NCBI GenBank assembly: GCA_944320785.1
Contig: CALUIR010000006.1
Location: 6,192 to 70,191, forward strand
Source: an uncultured Bacteroidaceae bacterium
GTDB taxonomy: Bacteria; Bacteroidota; Bacteroidia; Bacteroidales; Bacteroidaceae
Reading direction: 5' to 3'
Length of the DNA: 64,000 bases
A program made the translations under genes and the position numbers. Position 1 is the first letter of the stretch, and each line of letters begins with the position of its first letter. Positions 1 to 9,561 of this stretch are shown in pieces. Below the pieces are notes generated by a model that saw nothing but the letters and a program-made list of their open reading frames with translations, was not told the origin of the DNA and did not search any database.

Positions 1-1197
1 GTGATGAGCGGCACAGTGCATGAAGGGGACGATCTGACGAATGCCGACAGGGGGTCAAAGGAACGCATGGCGCAGTTGTTTGTCTGCGCGGGAGCAAACC
101 GTATCAAGGTGGATGGATTATGTGCAGGTGACATTGGTTGCACGGTGAAACTGAAAGATGTGAGAACAGGCAACACGCTGAATGGCAAGGGCGCCGAGAA
201 CCGTTTCAATTTCATCAAGTATCCTAATTCAAAATATTCACGTGCCATCCGGCCGTTGAATGAAGCGGACACGGAGAAGATGATGGTGATTCTGAACCGC
301 ATGCGCGAAGAAGATCCCACATGGGTCATCGAGCAGTCGAAAGAATTGAAGCAAACCATCGTGCATGGGCAGGGAGAGTTCCATTTGCGCACTTTGAAAT
401 GGCGGTTGGAAAACAATGAGAAACTTCAGGTGAAATATGAAGAGCCGAAGATCCCTTATCGCGAGACCATCACGAAAGCTGCACGTGCGGATTACCGGCA
501 TAAGAAACAATCGGGTGGCGCCGGCCAGTTTGGTGAAGTCCATTTGATCGTGGAGCCTTATTATGAAGGGATGCCTGCACCGGAAAGCTATAAGTTTAAT
601 GGCCAGGAATATAAAATCACCCCGAAATCCACGGAAGAAGTTCCTTTGGAATGGGGCGGGAAGTTGGTGTTTGTGAATAGCGTGGTAGGCGGTGCGATTG
701 ACGCGCGCTTCATGCCGGCTATTTTGAAAGGCATCATGAGCCGCATGGAGCAAGGACCTTTGACGGGGTCATATGCACGGGATGTCCGTGTGATTGTGTA
801 TGATGGGAAGATGCATCCTGTGGATTCCAATGAAATATCTTTCATGCTGGCAGGCCGGAATGCTTTCAGTGAAGCGTTCAAGAATGCGGGCCCGAAGATT
901 TTGGAACCGATTTATGATGTGGAAGTTTTTGTGCCGAGCGACAAGATGGGGGATGTGATGAGCGATTTGCAAGGACGGCGGGCGCTTATCATGGGCATGA
1001 GCAGCGAAAGCGGTTATGAGAAATTGATGGCAAAGGTTCCTCTGAAAGAAATGTCGTCTTACTCCACTTCTTTGAGTTCGTTGACGGGAGGCCGCGCTTC
1101 GTTTATTATGAATTTTGCAAACTATGAACTGGTGCCTTCTGATATCCAAGAAAAGTTAATTAAGGAATTTGAGGCGAAAGAAGCGAAAGACGAATAA
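1..1197 (+). CDS. Elongation factor G-family translational GTPase, C-terminal ~398 aa (5' end lies outside the window)
   Basis: The ORF is open from base 1. The translation shows EF-G domains II-V (TGNTL..., YRETI..., HKKQSGGAGQFG..., FMLAGRNAFSEAF..., LEPIYDVEVFVP...). Confidence 0.85.
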   Translation: MMSGTVHEGDDLTNADRGSKERMAQLFVCAGANRIKVDGLCAGDIGCTVKLKDVRTGNTLNGKGAENRFNFIKYPNSKYSRAIRPLNEADTEKMMVILNRMREEDPTWVIEQSKELKQTIVHGQGEFHLRTLKWRLENNEKLQVKYEEPKIPYRETITKAARADYRHKKQSGGAGQFGEVHLIVEPYYEGMPAPESYKFNGQEYKITPKSTEEVPLEWGGKLVFVNSVVGGAIDARFMPAILKGIMSRMEQGPLTGSYARDVRVIVYDGKMHPVDSNEISFMLAGRNAFSEAFKNAGPKILEPIYDVEVFVPSDKMGDVMSDLQGRRALIMGMSSESGYEKLMAKVPLKEMSSYSTSLSSLTGGRASFIMNFANYELVPSDIQEKLIKEFEAKEAKDE

Positions 1198-1218
1198 TTT
1201 GTAGTTGCATCCAATAAA

Positions 1219-1280
1219 GGCGAACCGGCTGGCAAGGGCATGGAACGTGCCATTGTGGGGTCGGTTCGTCTTTCTTTTCT
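1219..1280 (+). terminator. Possible rho-independent terminator after the EF-G paralog
   Basis: CGAACCG (1221-1227) pairs with CGGTTCG (1262-1268). It encloses an inner GGCATG/CGTGCC hairpin and is followed by the T-rich run TCTTTCTTTTCT. The long loop makes this call weak. Confidence 0.3.
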
Positions 1281-1504
1281 GGATATATCCGCATGCATGG
1301 CAAGGTTTAACAATGCCTAAAAGCAGATGCGTGTGTACATTGGCTAATTAAATTTGCATTATTTTAATATTCTTGCCCGATGATGTTTTGATATGGTTTT
1401 TATTCTGTCATGCAGAAAAATGCATTAAGTTAATTTTGAGAAATTGCGGGTTAAATCCAATTAAATTGTTAGACATCCTGATTTAACTGTGTTAATTTTG
1501 GGGT

Positions 1505-3067
1505 ATGAAAAAATCTACGATTTGGATATTAGGGATAATCATGGGGCTGTCTTTCCTGAGCTTGCTTTATCTTCAGGTGAGCTATATTGAAGAGATGGTC
1601 AAGATGCGCAAGGAGCAGTTTGATGAATCCGTCAAACGCAGTCTGTTTGAGGCATCGAGGAACTTGGAGTATGACGAGACATTGGAATACTTGAAGAAAG
1701 ATGTGGAGAGGACGGAGCAGGCGGCAATTGCCTATGAGCAGATGAAGGGTTCTTCTTTTGATGGCGATGTCGTGCAGCATACGCGGCACTATTCGGTAAC
1801 GACTGGGAAAGACGGATCATTGTATTCATCGTTTGAGTTGAAGACCATTACGGCCAATCCCTCGGGTTCGGCGAAAGCCATGATTTCCCGCAAGCATGGC
1901 AATAATACGATACCTAAGACATCCAGGTCTTTGCAGGAGATTGTGAAAACGCGTTATCTGTATCAAAGGGCATTGTTGGATGAGGTGGTTTATAATATAT
2001 TGTACACAGCCAGTGACAAGCCTTTGGATGAAAGGGTTAATTTCAAGCATTTGGACCAATACCTGAAGACGGCTTTGTTCAACAACGGCATTGACATTGC
2101 TTATCATTTTCAGGTTTTGGACAAAGACGGGCGCGAAGTGTACCGTTGTCCTGATTTTGACGAGGACGGGAAAGAAGCGGCTTATGCAAGGATTTTGTTC
2201 CAGAATGACCCTCCGGCAAAGATGGGAGTGCTGAAAGTGCATTTCCCGACATTGGACAACTATATTTTCAGTTCGGTGCGGTTCATGATTCCTTCGTTGA
2301 TTTTCACGGTCGTATTGCTGATTACCTTTGTCTTTACAATATACAGTGTGTTCCGGCAGAAGAAACTGAGCGAGATTAAGAATGATTTTGTCAATAACAT
2401 GACCCATGAATTCAAGACGCCGATTTCCACGATTTCCTTGGCGGCACAGATGTTGAAAGACCCTGCTGTGGCAAAATCGCCACAGATGTTCCAGCATGTG
2501 TCCGGTGTCATTAATGATGAGACGAAGCGTTTGAGGTTCTTGGTGGAGAAAGTGCTGCAGATGTCGATGTTTGAACGGCAGAAAACAACGTTGAACAAGA
2601 AGAAAGTGGATGCCAACGAACTGATTGCCGGGGTTATCAATACCTTCGCCTTGAAAGTGGAGAAATACAATGGGAGGATTGTGTCGGAACTGCGGGCAAC
2701 GAATCCGGATGTGTTTGTGGATGAGATGCATTTCACGAATGTGATATTCAATCTGATGGACAATGCCGTGAAATACAAGAAAGCAGACCAAGACTTGCTG
2801 CTGACGGTTTCCACTTGGAATGAGAACGAAAAACTTTACATTTCGATACAGGACAACGGAATCGGCATCAAAAAGGAAAACCTGAAAAAGATCTTTGACA
2901 AGTTCTATCGCGTGCATACAGGGAATCTGCATGATGTGAAAGGGTTTGGCTTGGGATTGGCTTATGTGAAAAAAATCATTCAGGACCATAAAGGCACGAT
3001 ACGTGCAGAGAGCGACTTGAATGTGGGGACGAAATTTGTAATTGTATTACCTTTATTTAATAATTAG
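1505..3067 (+). CDS. Sensor histidine kinase (RprX-like), membrane-anchored
   Basis: N-terminal TM helix and a second TM near aa 255-280. H-box HEFKTPISTI. N and G boxes (NLMDNAVKY, DNGIGI, GFGLGLAYV). The response regulator gene follows immediately. Confidence 0.9.
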   Translation: MKKSTIWILGIIMGLSFLSLLYLQVSYIEEMVKMRKEQFDESVKRSLFEASRNLEYDETLEYLKKDVERTEQAAIAYEQMKGSSFDGDVVQHTRHYSVTTGKDGSLYSSFELKTITANPSGSAKAMISRKHGNNTIPKTSRSLQEIVKTRYLYQRALLDEVVYNILYTASDKPLDERVNFKHLDQYLKTALFNNGIDIAYHFQVLDKDGREVYRCPDFDEDGKEAAYARILFQNDPPAKMGVLKVHFPTLDNYIFSSVRFMIPSLIFTVVLLITFVFTIYSVFRQKKLSEIKNDFVNNMTHEFKTPISTISLAAQMLKDPAVAKSPQMFQHVSGVINDETKRLRFLVEKVLQMSMFERQKTTLNKKKVDANELIAGVINTFALKVEKYNGRIVSELRATNPDVFVDEMHFTNVIFNLMDNAVKYKKADQDLLLTVSTWNENEKLYISIQDNGIGIKKENLKKIFDKFYRVHTGNLHDVKGFGLGLAYVKKIIQDHKGTIRAESDLNVGTKFVIVLPLFNN

Positions 3068-3072
3068 TGATT

Positions 3073-3771
3073 ATGGACGAGAAATTGCGTATTTTATTGT
3101 GTGAAGATGATGAGAACTTAGGAATGCTGTTAAGGGAATACTTGCAGGCAAAGGGCTATGCGGCCGAATTGTATCCTGACGGCGAGGCCGGATTCAAGGC
3201 TTTCTTGAAGAACAAATATGATTTGTGCGTGCTGGATGTCATGATGCCGAAAAAGGATGGTTTCACTTTGGCTCAGGAAATCCGTTCCTCAAATGCTGAG
3301 ATACCAATTATTTTCCTTACGGCAAAAACGCTGAAAGAAGACATATTGGAAGGCTTTAAGATTGGTGCTGACGACTATATCACGAAACCTTTCAGCATGG
3401 AGGAACTGGTGTTCCGTATTGAAGCCATCTTGCGTCGTGTGCGCGGCAAGAAGAACAAGGAAAGCAGCGTCTATAAAATCGGGCGTTTCACGTTTGACAC
3501 CCAAAAGCAGATTCTTTCGATTGATGGCAAGCAGACGAAGCTTACTACGAAAGAGTCAGAATTGTTAGGGCTGTTATGTGCGCATGCCAATGAAATATTG
3601 CAACGTGATTTTGCCTTGAAGACGATTTGGATTGATGACAACTATTTCAATGCCCGCAGCATGGACGTGTATATCACGAAGTTGCGCAAGCATTTGAAAG
3701 AAGATGATTCCATTGAAATTATCAATATCCACGGGAAAGGGTACAAATTGATTACGCCTGATGTGGATTGA
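3073..3771 (+). CDS. rprY: OmpR/PhoB-family response regulator (RprY-like)
   Basis: The receiver domain starts MDEKLRILLCEDDENLGMLLREYL and includes DVMMPKKDG. A winged-helix C-terminus is present (YITKLRKHL...GKGYKL). The ATG at 3073 is preferred over the in-frame GTG at 3067, which overlaps the kinase stop codon. Confidence 0.88.
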   Translation: MDEKLRILLCEDDENLGMLLREYLQAKGYAAELYPDGEAGFKAFLKNKYDLCVLDVMMPKKDGFTLAQEIRSSNAEIPIIFLTAKTLKEDILEGFKIGADDYITKPFSMEELVFRIEAILRRVRGKKNKESSVYKIGRFTFDTQKQILSIDGKQTKLTTKESELLGLLCAHANEILQRDFALKTIWIDDNYFNARSMDVYITKLRKHLKEDDSIEIINIHGKGYKLITPDVD

Positions 3772-3791
3772 CGAGGTGGCCGGGAAGGAAC

Positions 3792-3829
3792 AAAAAAGGC
3801 CGTCGCCCATCGGGCGACGGCCTTTTTTA
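3792..3829. terminator. Bidirectional rho-independent terminator
   Basis: An 11-bp perfect stem AGGCCGTCGCC (3797-3807) / GGCGACGGCCT (3813-3823) is flanked by an A-run and a T-run. It sits between convergent genes. Confidence 0.75.
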
Positions 3830-3842
3830 TTGTTGCAAAGGG

Positions 3843-4019
3843 TTAATCTGTGATTCTTTTGTTGATGATGATGTATGCCAATAAGCCTACTACAATCAGC
3901 AACATGGAGCTGCCCAAAATCGTATTGTTGTTGACATTGCCTGTGAAGAAACATGCAATCAGGATGATAGCTCCGATTAAAATAAGAATCAATCCCAAAT
4001 TTTTCAATAAACTTTTCAT
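3843..4019 (-). CDS. Small two-TM membrane protein (58 aa), function unknown
   Basis: MKSLLKNLGLILILIGAIILIACFF...MLLIVVGLLAYIIINKR gives two hydrophobic helices. The internal ATG at 4019 was chosen over the ORF-track start at 4058. Confidence 0.45.
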   Translation of the reverse strand: MKSLLKNLGLILILIGAIILIACFFTGNVNNNTILGSSMLLIVVGLLAYIIINKRITD

Positions 4020-4160
4020 GTGTGTATGCTTTTTAGTGATATATTCAATTCTTGGCACAAATTAAAGCATAATTCTTTAACGGGCGAAATTATTTGAGTA
4101 AAAAAAGCATTACCAAGGCTAATTATTGCCGGATTGTTGCTCGCCGAATCTTTTGCCGGT

Positions 4161-4685
4161 TCAGTCTTTGGTGTTGAGGAATATCTTTTTCAGCACTTCC
4201 TGTCCTATTTTCAGTTCGTCTAAGGAGATGCCCTTCAAGGCTTCCCGCAAGGTCTGTTCCACGATCGGGTTAGCGCGGTTTTCCATTTCCCTCCCCGTTT
4301 TGGTCAGATGTATCAGGTTGATGCGTTTGTCCTTTTTGTCGGAGATGCGTACCACCAAGTGCTGGCGCTCCATGTTGTCCAACAGCCGGGTCATGCTGGG
4401 CTTGTCCTTGAAAGTAGCGTTGCATAAGTCCTGTTGCGTCACGCCGTCTTGTTTCCATAGCGAGAGAAGTACGGTCCATTGTTCGGGCGTAATGTCTAAA
4501 GCCCGGAGGTTCCGATAGAGTTTCCGGTTAATGGCGGCCGATACTTTGCCGTTGAGTATGGCAAAAATTAGCTGGATGTCAAACTGGAATTGTTCAATCA
4601 TTGGCTTGATGCTCGTATTGGTGTCCTGCAAAGATACGTTTCTTGGTGGATATCTGCCAAATATTGAATCAGTTTTTTGTATCAA
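4161..4685 (-). CDS. MarR-family transcriptional regulator
   Basis: Winged-HTH core [67 protein letters not shown]. The true start may be the internal Met at 4601 (MIEQFQF...), which would give a typical MarR length of about 147 aa. Confidence 0.8.
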   Translation of the reverse strand: MIQKTDSIFGRYPPRNVSLQDTNTSIKPMIEQFQFDIQLIFAILNGKVSAAINRKLYRNLRALDITPEQWTVLLSLWKQDGVTQQDLCNATFKDKPSMTRLLDNMERQHLVVRISDKKDKRINLIHLTKTGREMENRANPIVEQTLREALKGISLDELKIGQEVLKKIFLNTKD

Positions 4686-4687
4686 AG

Positions 4688-4719
4688 TTTTGCCGGTTGA
4701 AAGAAAAGCCTTACCTTTG
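4688..4719 (+). promoter_or_regulatory. Candidate Bacteroides-type promoter of rpsF-rpsR-rplI
   Basis: TTTG at 4688-4691 and TACCTTTG (TAnnTTTG) at 4712-4719, with 20-nt spacing. It lies 40 nt upstream of the rpsF ATG. Confidence 0.4.
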
Positions 4720-4758
4720 CGCCCGTATTTGAAAAATTTAAATTTTAATTATTGGAAT

Positions 4759-5106
4759 ATGAATCAGTATGAAACCGTTTTCATTTTGACTCCCGTTTTG
4801 TCTGATGTGCAGATGAAGGAAGCGGTAGAGAAATTCAAAGGTATTCTTCAGGCTGAAGGCGCTGAGATTATCAATGAAGAAAATTGGGGTTTGAAAAAGC
4901 TAGCCTATCCTATCCAGAAAAAGTCAACCGGCTTTTATCAGTTGATTGAGTTCAAGGCCAATCCGGCAGTGGTGGAGAAACTGGAACTGAACTACCGCCG
5001 TGATGAACGTGTAATCCGTTTCCTGACTTTCAGAATGGACAAATATGCGATTGAATACGCAGCGAAAAGAAGAAGTTTAAAATCAACTAAAAAGGAGGAA
5101 AATTAA
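4759..5106 (+). CDS. rpsF: 30S ribosomal protein S6 (bS6)
   Basis: [16 protein letters not shown]...[10 protein letters not shown]... is the canonical S6. The start is placed at the internal Met; the upstream ORF extension has no S6 similarity. Confidence 0.93.
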   Translation: MNQYETVFILTPVLSDVQMKEAVEKFKGILQAEGAEIINEENWGLKKLAYPIQKKSTGFYQLIEFKANPAVVEKLELNYRRDERVIRFLTFRMDKYAIEYAAKRRSLKSTKKEEN

Positions 5107-5107
5107 T

Positions 5108-5380
5108 ATGGCACAGCAGAATCAATCCGAAATCAGATATTTGACCCCGCCTTCGGTGGACACCAAGAAGAAAAAATATTGCCGTTTCAAGAAGAATGGC
5201 ATTAAATACATCGATTACAAGGATCCTGAGTTCCTGAAGAAGTTTTTGAATGAGCAGGGGAAAATTCTTCCTCGTCGTATTACGGGTACTTCATTGAAGT
5301 ATCAACGCCGTGTGGCACAGGCAGTAAAACGGGCCCGCCATTTGGCATTGCTCCCATTTGTAACGGATATGATGAAATAA
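5108..5380 (+). CDS. rpsR: 30S ribosomal protein S18 (bS18)
   Basis: [19 protein letters not shown]...[36 protein letters not shown] at 5094-5098 lies 9 nt upstream of the ATG. Confidence 0.95.
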   Translation: MAQQNQSEIRYLTPPSVDTKKKKYCRFKKNGIKYIDYKDPEFLKKFLNEQGKILPRRITGTSLKYQRRVAQAVKRARHLALLPFVTDMMK

Positions 5381-5393
5381 AGGAGGAACTTGT

Positions 5394-5849
5394 ATGGAAA
5401 TTATATTGAAAGAAGACATTGCTAACTTGGGTTACAAGAACGACATTGTGAATGTGAAGTCCGGTTATGGCCGCAATTTCCTGATTCCGACAGGGAAGGC
5501 TGTCATCGCTTCCCCGTCTGCCAAGAAAATGCTGGCGGAAGAGTTGAAACAACGCGCCCACAAATTGGAGAAAATCAAGAAAGATGCCGAAGAATTGGCA
5601 GAGAAACTGAAAGGCGTGAAACTGACGATTGCGACGAAGGTCAGCTCGACAGGCACGATTTTCGGTTCTGTGGGGAACATCCAGCTTGCAGAAGAATTGG
5701 AAAAGTTGGGCTATAAGGTGGATCGTAAGATTATCTACATCAAGGATGCCGTGAAAGAAGTCGGTTCTTATGTGGCAACGGTCAAGTTGCATAAGGAAGT
5801 GGCTGTGGAGTTGCCTTTTGAAGTAATTGCTGAAGAAACGAATCAGTAA
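5394..5849 (+). CDS. rplI: 50S ribosomal protein L9 (bL9)
   Basis: MEIILKEDIANLGYKNDIVNVKSGYGRNFLIP. GGAGG at 5382-5386 lies 7 nt upstream of the ATG. Confidence 0.95.
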   Translation: MEIILKEDIANLGYKNDIVNVKSGYGRNFLIPTGKAVIASPSAKKMLAEELKQRAHKLEKIKKDAEELAEKLKGVKLTIATKVSSTGTIFGSVGNIQLAEELEKLGYKVDRKIIYIKDAVKEVGSYVATVKLHKEVAVELPFEVIAEETNQ

Positions 5850-5880
5850 TCAGTTCATCGTAATATAATGTTACGTTTTT

Positions 5881-5919
5881 GAGGAATGTGTTTTTGATAA
5901 ATGCGTTCCTCTTTTTTTA
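5881..5919 (+). terminator. Rho-independent terminator of the r-protein operon
   Basis: GAGGAA(T)G ... (C)GTTCCTC stem followed by a run of 7 T. Confidence 0.6.
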
Positions 5920-6032
5920 TGTGGGAAAAGTTTGGAATTTTATTGGGAAAAAACATTTGTTTTTCAGGTAAAATTTTGAATTTTACTGGATAAAATTTGT
6001 GGTTTTATCGGGAAGAGTTTTTGATAGTGCAG

Positions 6033-7367
6033 ATGATGAAGGAAACACATGAAGACAGGATTGCCCGGGCGATGCAGAATCTGGGCATCCAAGCGCTGGC
6101 ACCGATGCAGGAAGCCATGCTGGAGGCGGCAGGCGGCAAGCGTGACATCCTATTGCTTTCTCCTACGGGGACGGGAAAGACTTTGGCGTTCCTTTTGCCC
6201 CTGCTCCGCTGGTTGGATCCGGGTGCCGGAAACATCCAATGTCTGGTCATCGCCCCATCGCGTGAATTGGCGCAACAGACGGCGGCTGTCTTCACGGCCA
6301 TGGGGATAGGGCATACGGCCTGCTGTTGCTATGGAGGCCATTCCTCGGCGGAGGAAAGGAAGCAGTTGGCCGGCCGTTGCCCGTCCGTAGTGGTGGGGAC
6401 CCCCGGGCGTTTGCTTGACCACATCCGTCAGGGCGTCATCCGCACGGAGCAAGTGCGGACGTTGGTGGTCGATGAGTTCGACAAGGTGTTGGAATTGGGC
6501 TTCCATGAAGATATGTCGGCCATTCTTGCTTCCCTGCATCATTTGGACAGGCGTGTGTTCCTTTCTGCCACTGATTCGGAAGAAATTCCACGTTTTGCCC
6601 GTTTGGAACATCCTTGCAAACTGAATTTCCTGGAGCGTCATGAGGCGGCATCACGTGTCCGGATGATGAAAGTATGCGCGCCTGAACGCGACAAGCTGGA
6701 AACCTTGTACCGGCTTCTTTGCCATATAGGCAACCGTCCGGCAATGGTATTCGCCAATTACCGCGAGGCTGTGGAACGCATCGGGGGGTATCTTGCGGCA
6801 AAGGGCATAGAAAATGGCATCTTTCATGGCGGCATGGAGCAGAAGGACCGGGAACGTGCGCTTTACAAATTCCGCAACGGCAGTTGCCATGTCTTTGTGG
6901 CTACGGATTTGGCATCGCGCGGTTTGGATATCCCGGCAGTGGAATGCATTGTGCATTACCATCTCCCGATGGATGGGGATGTGTTTTTGCATCGTAATGG
7001 CCGTGCCGCCCGCTGGAATGCATCGGGAGAAGCTTATCTCATCATCGGGCCGGAGGAAAATGTCCCTGCATATGCAAGCGCGGGGTTGGAAGAACTTCCG
7101 TTGGAAGGGGCATTCAGCAAGCCGGCTCCCCCGGAATGGGTCACGTTATATATAGGGAAAGGAAAGAAAGACAGGATAAGCCGTGCCGATGTGGCCGGTT
7201 TCCTTTACAAGATCGCGCAATTGGATCGTGATGACGTAGGTGGCATTGACGTGCGTGACTATTACACGTTTGTGGCGGTGCGCAGGAGGAAGCTGGAGCA
7301 AACCCTCTCCCTTGTGCGCCGTGAAAAGATAAAAGGCATGCGGGCTCTCATCGAGGAGGCCCGGTAG
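6033..7367 (+). CDS. DEAD/DEAH-box ATP-dependent RNA helicase with DbpA-like C-terminal RNA-binding domain
   Basis: Q-motif region, motif I SPTGTGKT, motif II VVDEFD (DEFD variant), motif III SAT, motif VI HRNGRAAR. C-terminal LYIGKGKKDRISRADVAGFL...IDVRDYYTFVAV. Confidence 0.85.
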   Translation: MMKETHEDRIARAMQNLGIQALAPMQEAMLEAAGGKRDILLLSPTGTGKTLAFLLPLLRWLDPGAGNIQCLVIAPSRELAQQTAAVFTAMGIGHTACCCYGGHSSAEERKQLAGRCPSVVVGTPGRLLDHIRQGVIRTEQVRTLVVDEFDKVLELGFHEDMSAILASLHHLDRRVFLSATDSEEIPRFARLEHPCKLNFLERHEAASRVRMMKVCAPERDKLETLYRLLCHIGNRPAMVFANYREAVERIGGYLAAKGIENGIFHGGMEQKDRERALYKFRNGSCHVFVATDLASRGLDIPAVECIVHYHLPMDGDVFLHRNGRAARWNASGEAYLIIGPEENVPAYASAGLEELPLEGAFSKPAPPEWVTLYIGKGKKDRISRADVAGFLYKIAQLDRDDVGGIDVRDYYTFVAVRRRKLEQTLSLVRREKIKGMRALIEEAR

Positions 7368-7369
7368 GT

Positions 7370-7612
7370 TCAGTTGGTTTTCCCGTCCTCACACAGCTTT
7401 TCTTTTAAGTGGCACAGCATGCGCACCGTGTTGGTGAATGTGGGATTTTTGTAATACAGCAACGCTTGTTCGCACAAGGTTTCTACCGTCCGGGGAAAAT
7501 CCGGGAAACGGGTGGCGTCGTCCAACTGGTATTCCTTGGGAAGTTCCCTTTCTTTGAACCAATTAACTAATTCCTTGACTTCAGCTTCTTCGTGTATGCT
7601 TTTTTTCTCCAT
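7370..7612 (-). CDS. Hypothetical small protein (80 aa)
   Basis: ORF starting MEKKSIHEEAEVKELVNWFKERELPKEY. No recognisable motif. The start is taken at an internal Met because the upstream extension is hydrophobic and of low quality. Confidence 0.4.
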   Translation of the reverse strand: MEKKSIHEEAEVKELVNWFKERELPKEYQLDDATRFPDFPRTVETLCEQALLYYKNPTFTNTVRMLCHLKEKLCEDGKTN

Positions 7613-7813
7613 GGGGGATAAATAAAGGTTGAATATCTGCGCAAAGATAATGCAAACTGGTGGAAAAACAAGATTGCTGGGACATCTCCGTTTTCCGTTG
7701 CCTTTCAGGAGAGGATGGACGGAATGGGACACATTTGCAGCCAGATGGGATAAAAACAACGGTGAAGGAAAGAATAATTGAATGAAGAACGACCATTCTA
7801 ACAGAATAAATTT

Positions 7814-7821
7814 TATATTTG
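7814..7821 (+). promoter_or_regulatory. Candidate -7 box (TATATTTG) for the DUF3332-like gene
   Basis: TAnnTTTG match 35 nt upstream of the ATG at 7856. Confidence 0.3.
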
Positions 7822-7855
7822 CACACAGATAACAACATTTTAAAAACAGAGTATT

Positions 7856-8407
7856 ATGAAAAAGAACAAATTTTCATGGGTTGCAGCCTTGGCTTTGAGC
7901 GGCAGCATCCTGTTCAGTTCGTGCATCGGTTCTTTTGGATTGTTCAACACGTTGAAAGATTGGAATTCAGGCGTTTCTGGAAACAAATTCGTGAATGAAC
8001 TGGTGTTCTTGGCCTTGCACATCATCCCAGCCTACGAGATTTGTTATTTTGCAGACATCATTGTGCTTAATTCCATTGAGTTTTGGAGCGGCTCGAATCC
8101 TTTGGCTGATGTGGGTGCCGTGAAAACGGTAAAAGGCGAGAATGGCAACTATGTGGTGACCACGCTTGAGAATGGTTATTCCATCTCCAAAGAGGGAGAA
8201 ACGGCCAGCATGGAATTGCTGTTTGATGAAGCAACCCAGACATGGAATGTGGTGGCCGATGAAGAATGCATGCCGCTCTTGAAGATGAACGGCAACGGGA
8301 CGGCAGACCTTTACATGGCTGACGGCACTACGCTCAATGTGACCTTGGACGAACAAGGGAAGTTGGCTGCCAGCGAGGCTATGATGAGCCGTGTTTTGGC
8401 CAACTGA
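7856..8407 (+). CDS. DUF3332-like lipoprotein
   Basis: Signal peptide with lipobox (ILFSSC). The segment GSFGLFNTLKDWNSGVSGNKFVNELVFLALHIIP...NSIEFWSG is recognised from memory as the DUF3332 family. Confidence 0.65.
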   Translation: MKKNKFSWVAALALSGSILFSSCIGSFGLFNTLKDWNSGVSGNKFVNELVFLALHIIPAYEICYFADIIVLNSIEFWSGSNPLADVGAVKTVKGENGNYVVTTLENGYSISKEGETASMELLFDEATQTWNVVADEECMPLLKMNGNGTADLYMADGTTLNVTLDEQGKLAASEAMMSRVLAN

Positions 8408-8426
8408 TAAGCGAAGCAGCTTGCAT

Positions 8427-8463
8427 AAGCCCGGGTGATGGAATGTCATTCCGGGCTTTTTTG
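8427..8463. terminator. Bidirectional terminator between convergent genes
   Basis: AGCCCGG (8428-8434) / CCGGGCT (8451-8457) stem followed by TTTTTT. Confidence 0.6.
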
Positions 8464-8477
8464 CATGGAGGCAGGCT

Positions 8478-9452
8478 TTAAATCTTCCCTAAGATACGAT
8501 CCATCACCCAGTTGGTGGGTGTGGCGCTGACGCCATCGCAGGTGCAGATGGATTTCCCTGACAGATGGTCGATGACCGCTTGTATCAAAGGACGCTGCAC
8601 GTGTTCGGGGTTAGGCGGCAGGATTTCTTCCCGCCCGCGTATGGAATGCAGGGCAATGGGGTCGAACGTAAAAGTGGAAAAGCAAATCATGCCGTTGTCG
8701 CCAATGATTTCGATGCGGTCTTCTTTGGCAGATTCATGGGCGACAAAGCACCATGAGCCGGAACCCACCAAGCCGGAAGCGAACTTGAAGCATGCGCTGA
8801 CAGAATCTTCGGCAGCATAAAGCCCTCCCCGGTTGGTCTTTACGCCTTCTGCCTCAAGGATGGGGCCGAAGATGTCCTGCAAGATGTCCAATTGGTGGGG
8901 GGCAAGGTCGTAGAAATAGCCGCCTCCGGCAATGTCCGGCTGTACGCGCCATGGCAGGTTCTCGCGATTGTAATCCAAATCTTGGGGCGGTTGCGCGAAG
9001 CGGATTTGCAGGTTGATGATATGTCCTATCTCGCCTCGTTCAACCAGTTCCTTTACTTTCATGAAATAAGGCAGGTAACGGCGGTAATAGGCCACAAAAC
9101 AGGGAACGCCCGTTTCTTTGGAGATGCGGTTGATGCGGATGCAGTCTTCATAGCTGCTGGCCATCGGCTTTTCAATGTACACCGGTTTGCCAGCTTTCAT
9201 GGACATGATGGCAAAGGTGGCGTGCGAGGAAGGCGGTGTGGCAATATAGATGGCATTCACGTCCGGGTCGTCAATCAGTTCCTGTGCATCCGTGTACCAT
9301 TTGGGTATGTGGTGGCGTGCGGCATATTCTTTCACTTTTTTTTCATCCCGGCTCATTACGGCGATGACCATAGAACCTTCCACTTCGGAAAAAGCTGGGC
9401 CGCTTTTCTTTTCGGTGACGTTCCCGCATCCGATGAAACCCCATTTTATCAT
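8478..9452 (-). CDS. Gfo/Idh/MocA-family NAD(P)-dependent oxidoreductase
   Basis: N-terminal Rossmann motif MIKWGFIGCGNVTEKK, then EKPMA and a C-terminal alpha/beta domain. Confidence 0.85.
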   Translation of the reverse strand: MIKWGFIGCGNVTEKKSGPAFSEVEGSMVIAVMSRDEKKVKEYAARHHIPKWYTDAQELIDDPDVNAIYIATPPSSHATFAIMSMKAGKPVYIEKPMASSYEDCIRINRISKETGVPCFVAYYRRYLPYFMKVKELVERGEIGHIINLQIRFAQPPQDLDYNRENLPWRVQPDIAGGGYFYDLAPHQLDILQDIFGPILEAEGVKTNRGGLYAAEDSVSACFKFASGLVGSGSWCFVAHESAKEDRIEIIGDNGMICFSTFTFDPIALHSIRGREEILPPNPEHVQRPLIQAVIDHLSGKSICTCDGVSATPTNWVMDRILGKI

Positions 9453-9561
9453 TGTTTTTTATCTTATTATAAATAATGTTTTCCTGAACTGCAAATATAT
9501 TAAAAAAAGGCTACCTTTGATGCCGTTGGATGTATTAATGTATATTTAAAGCAGGTATAAT

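Noticed and set aside
1826-2989. A 387-aa ORF antisense to the histidine kinase gene.
   Set aside because: It has no motif content. It overlaps a gene with unambiguous H-box and ATPase motifs, so it is treated as a shadow ORF.
4531-4758. The long N-terminal extension of the rpsF ORF (191 aa in the ORF track).
   Set aside because: S6 homology begins at the Met at 4759. The extension overlaps the divergent MarR 5' region and the predicted promoter.
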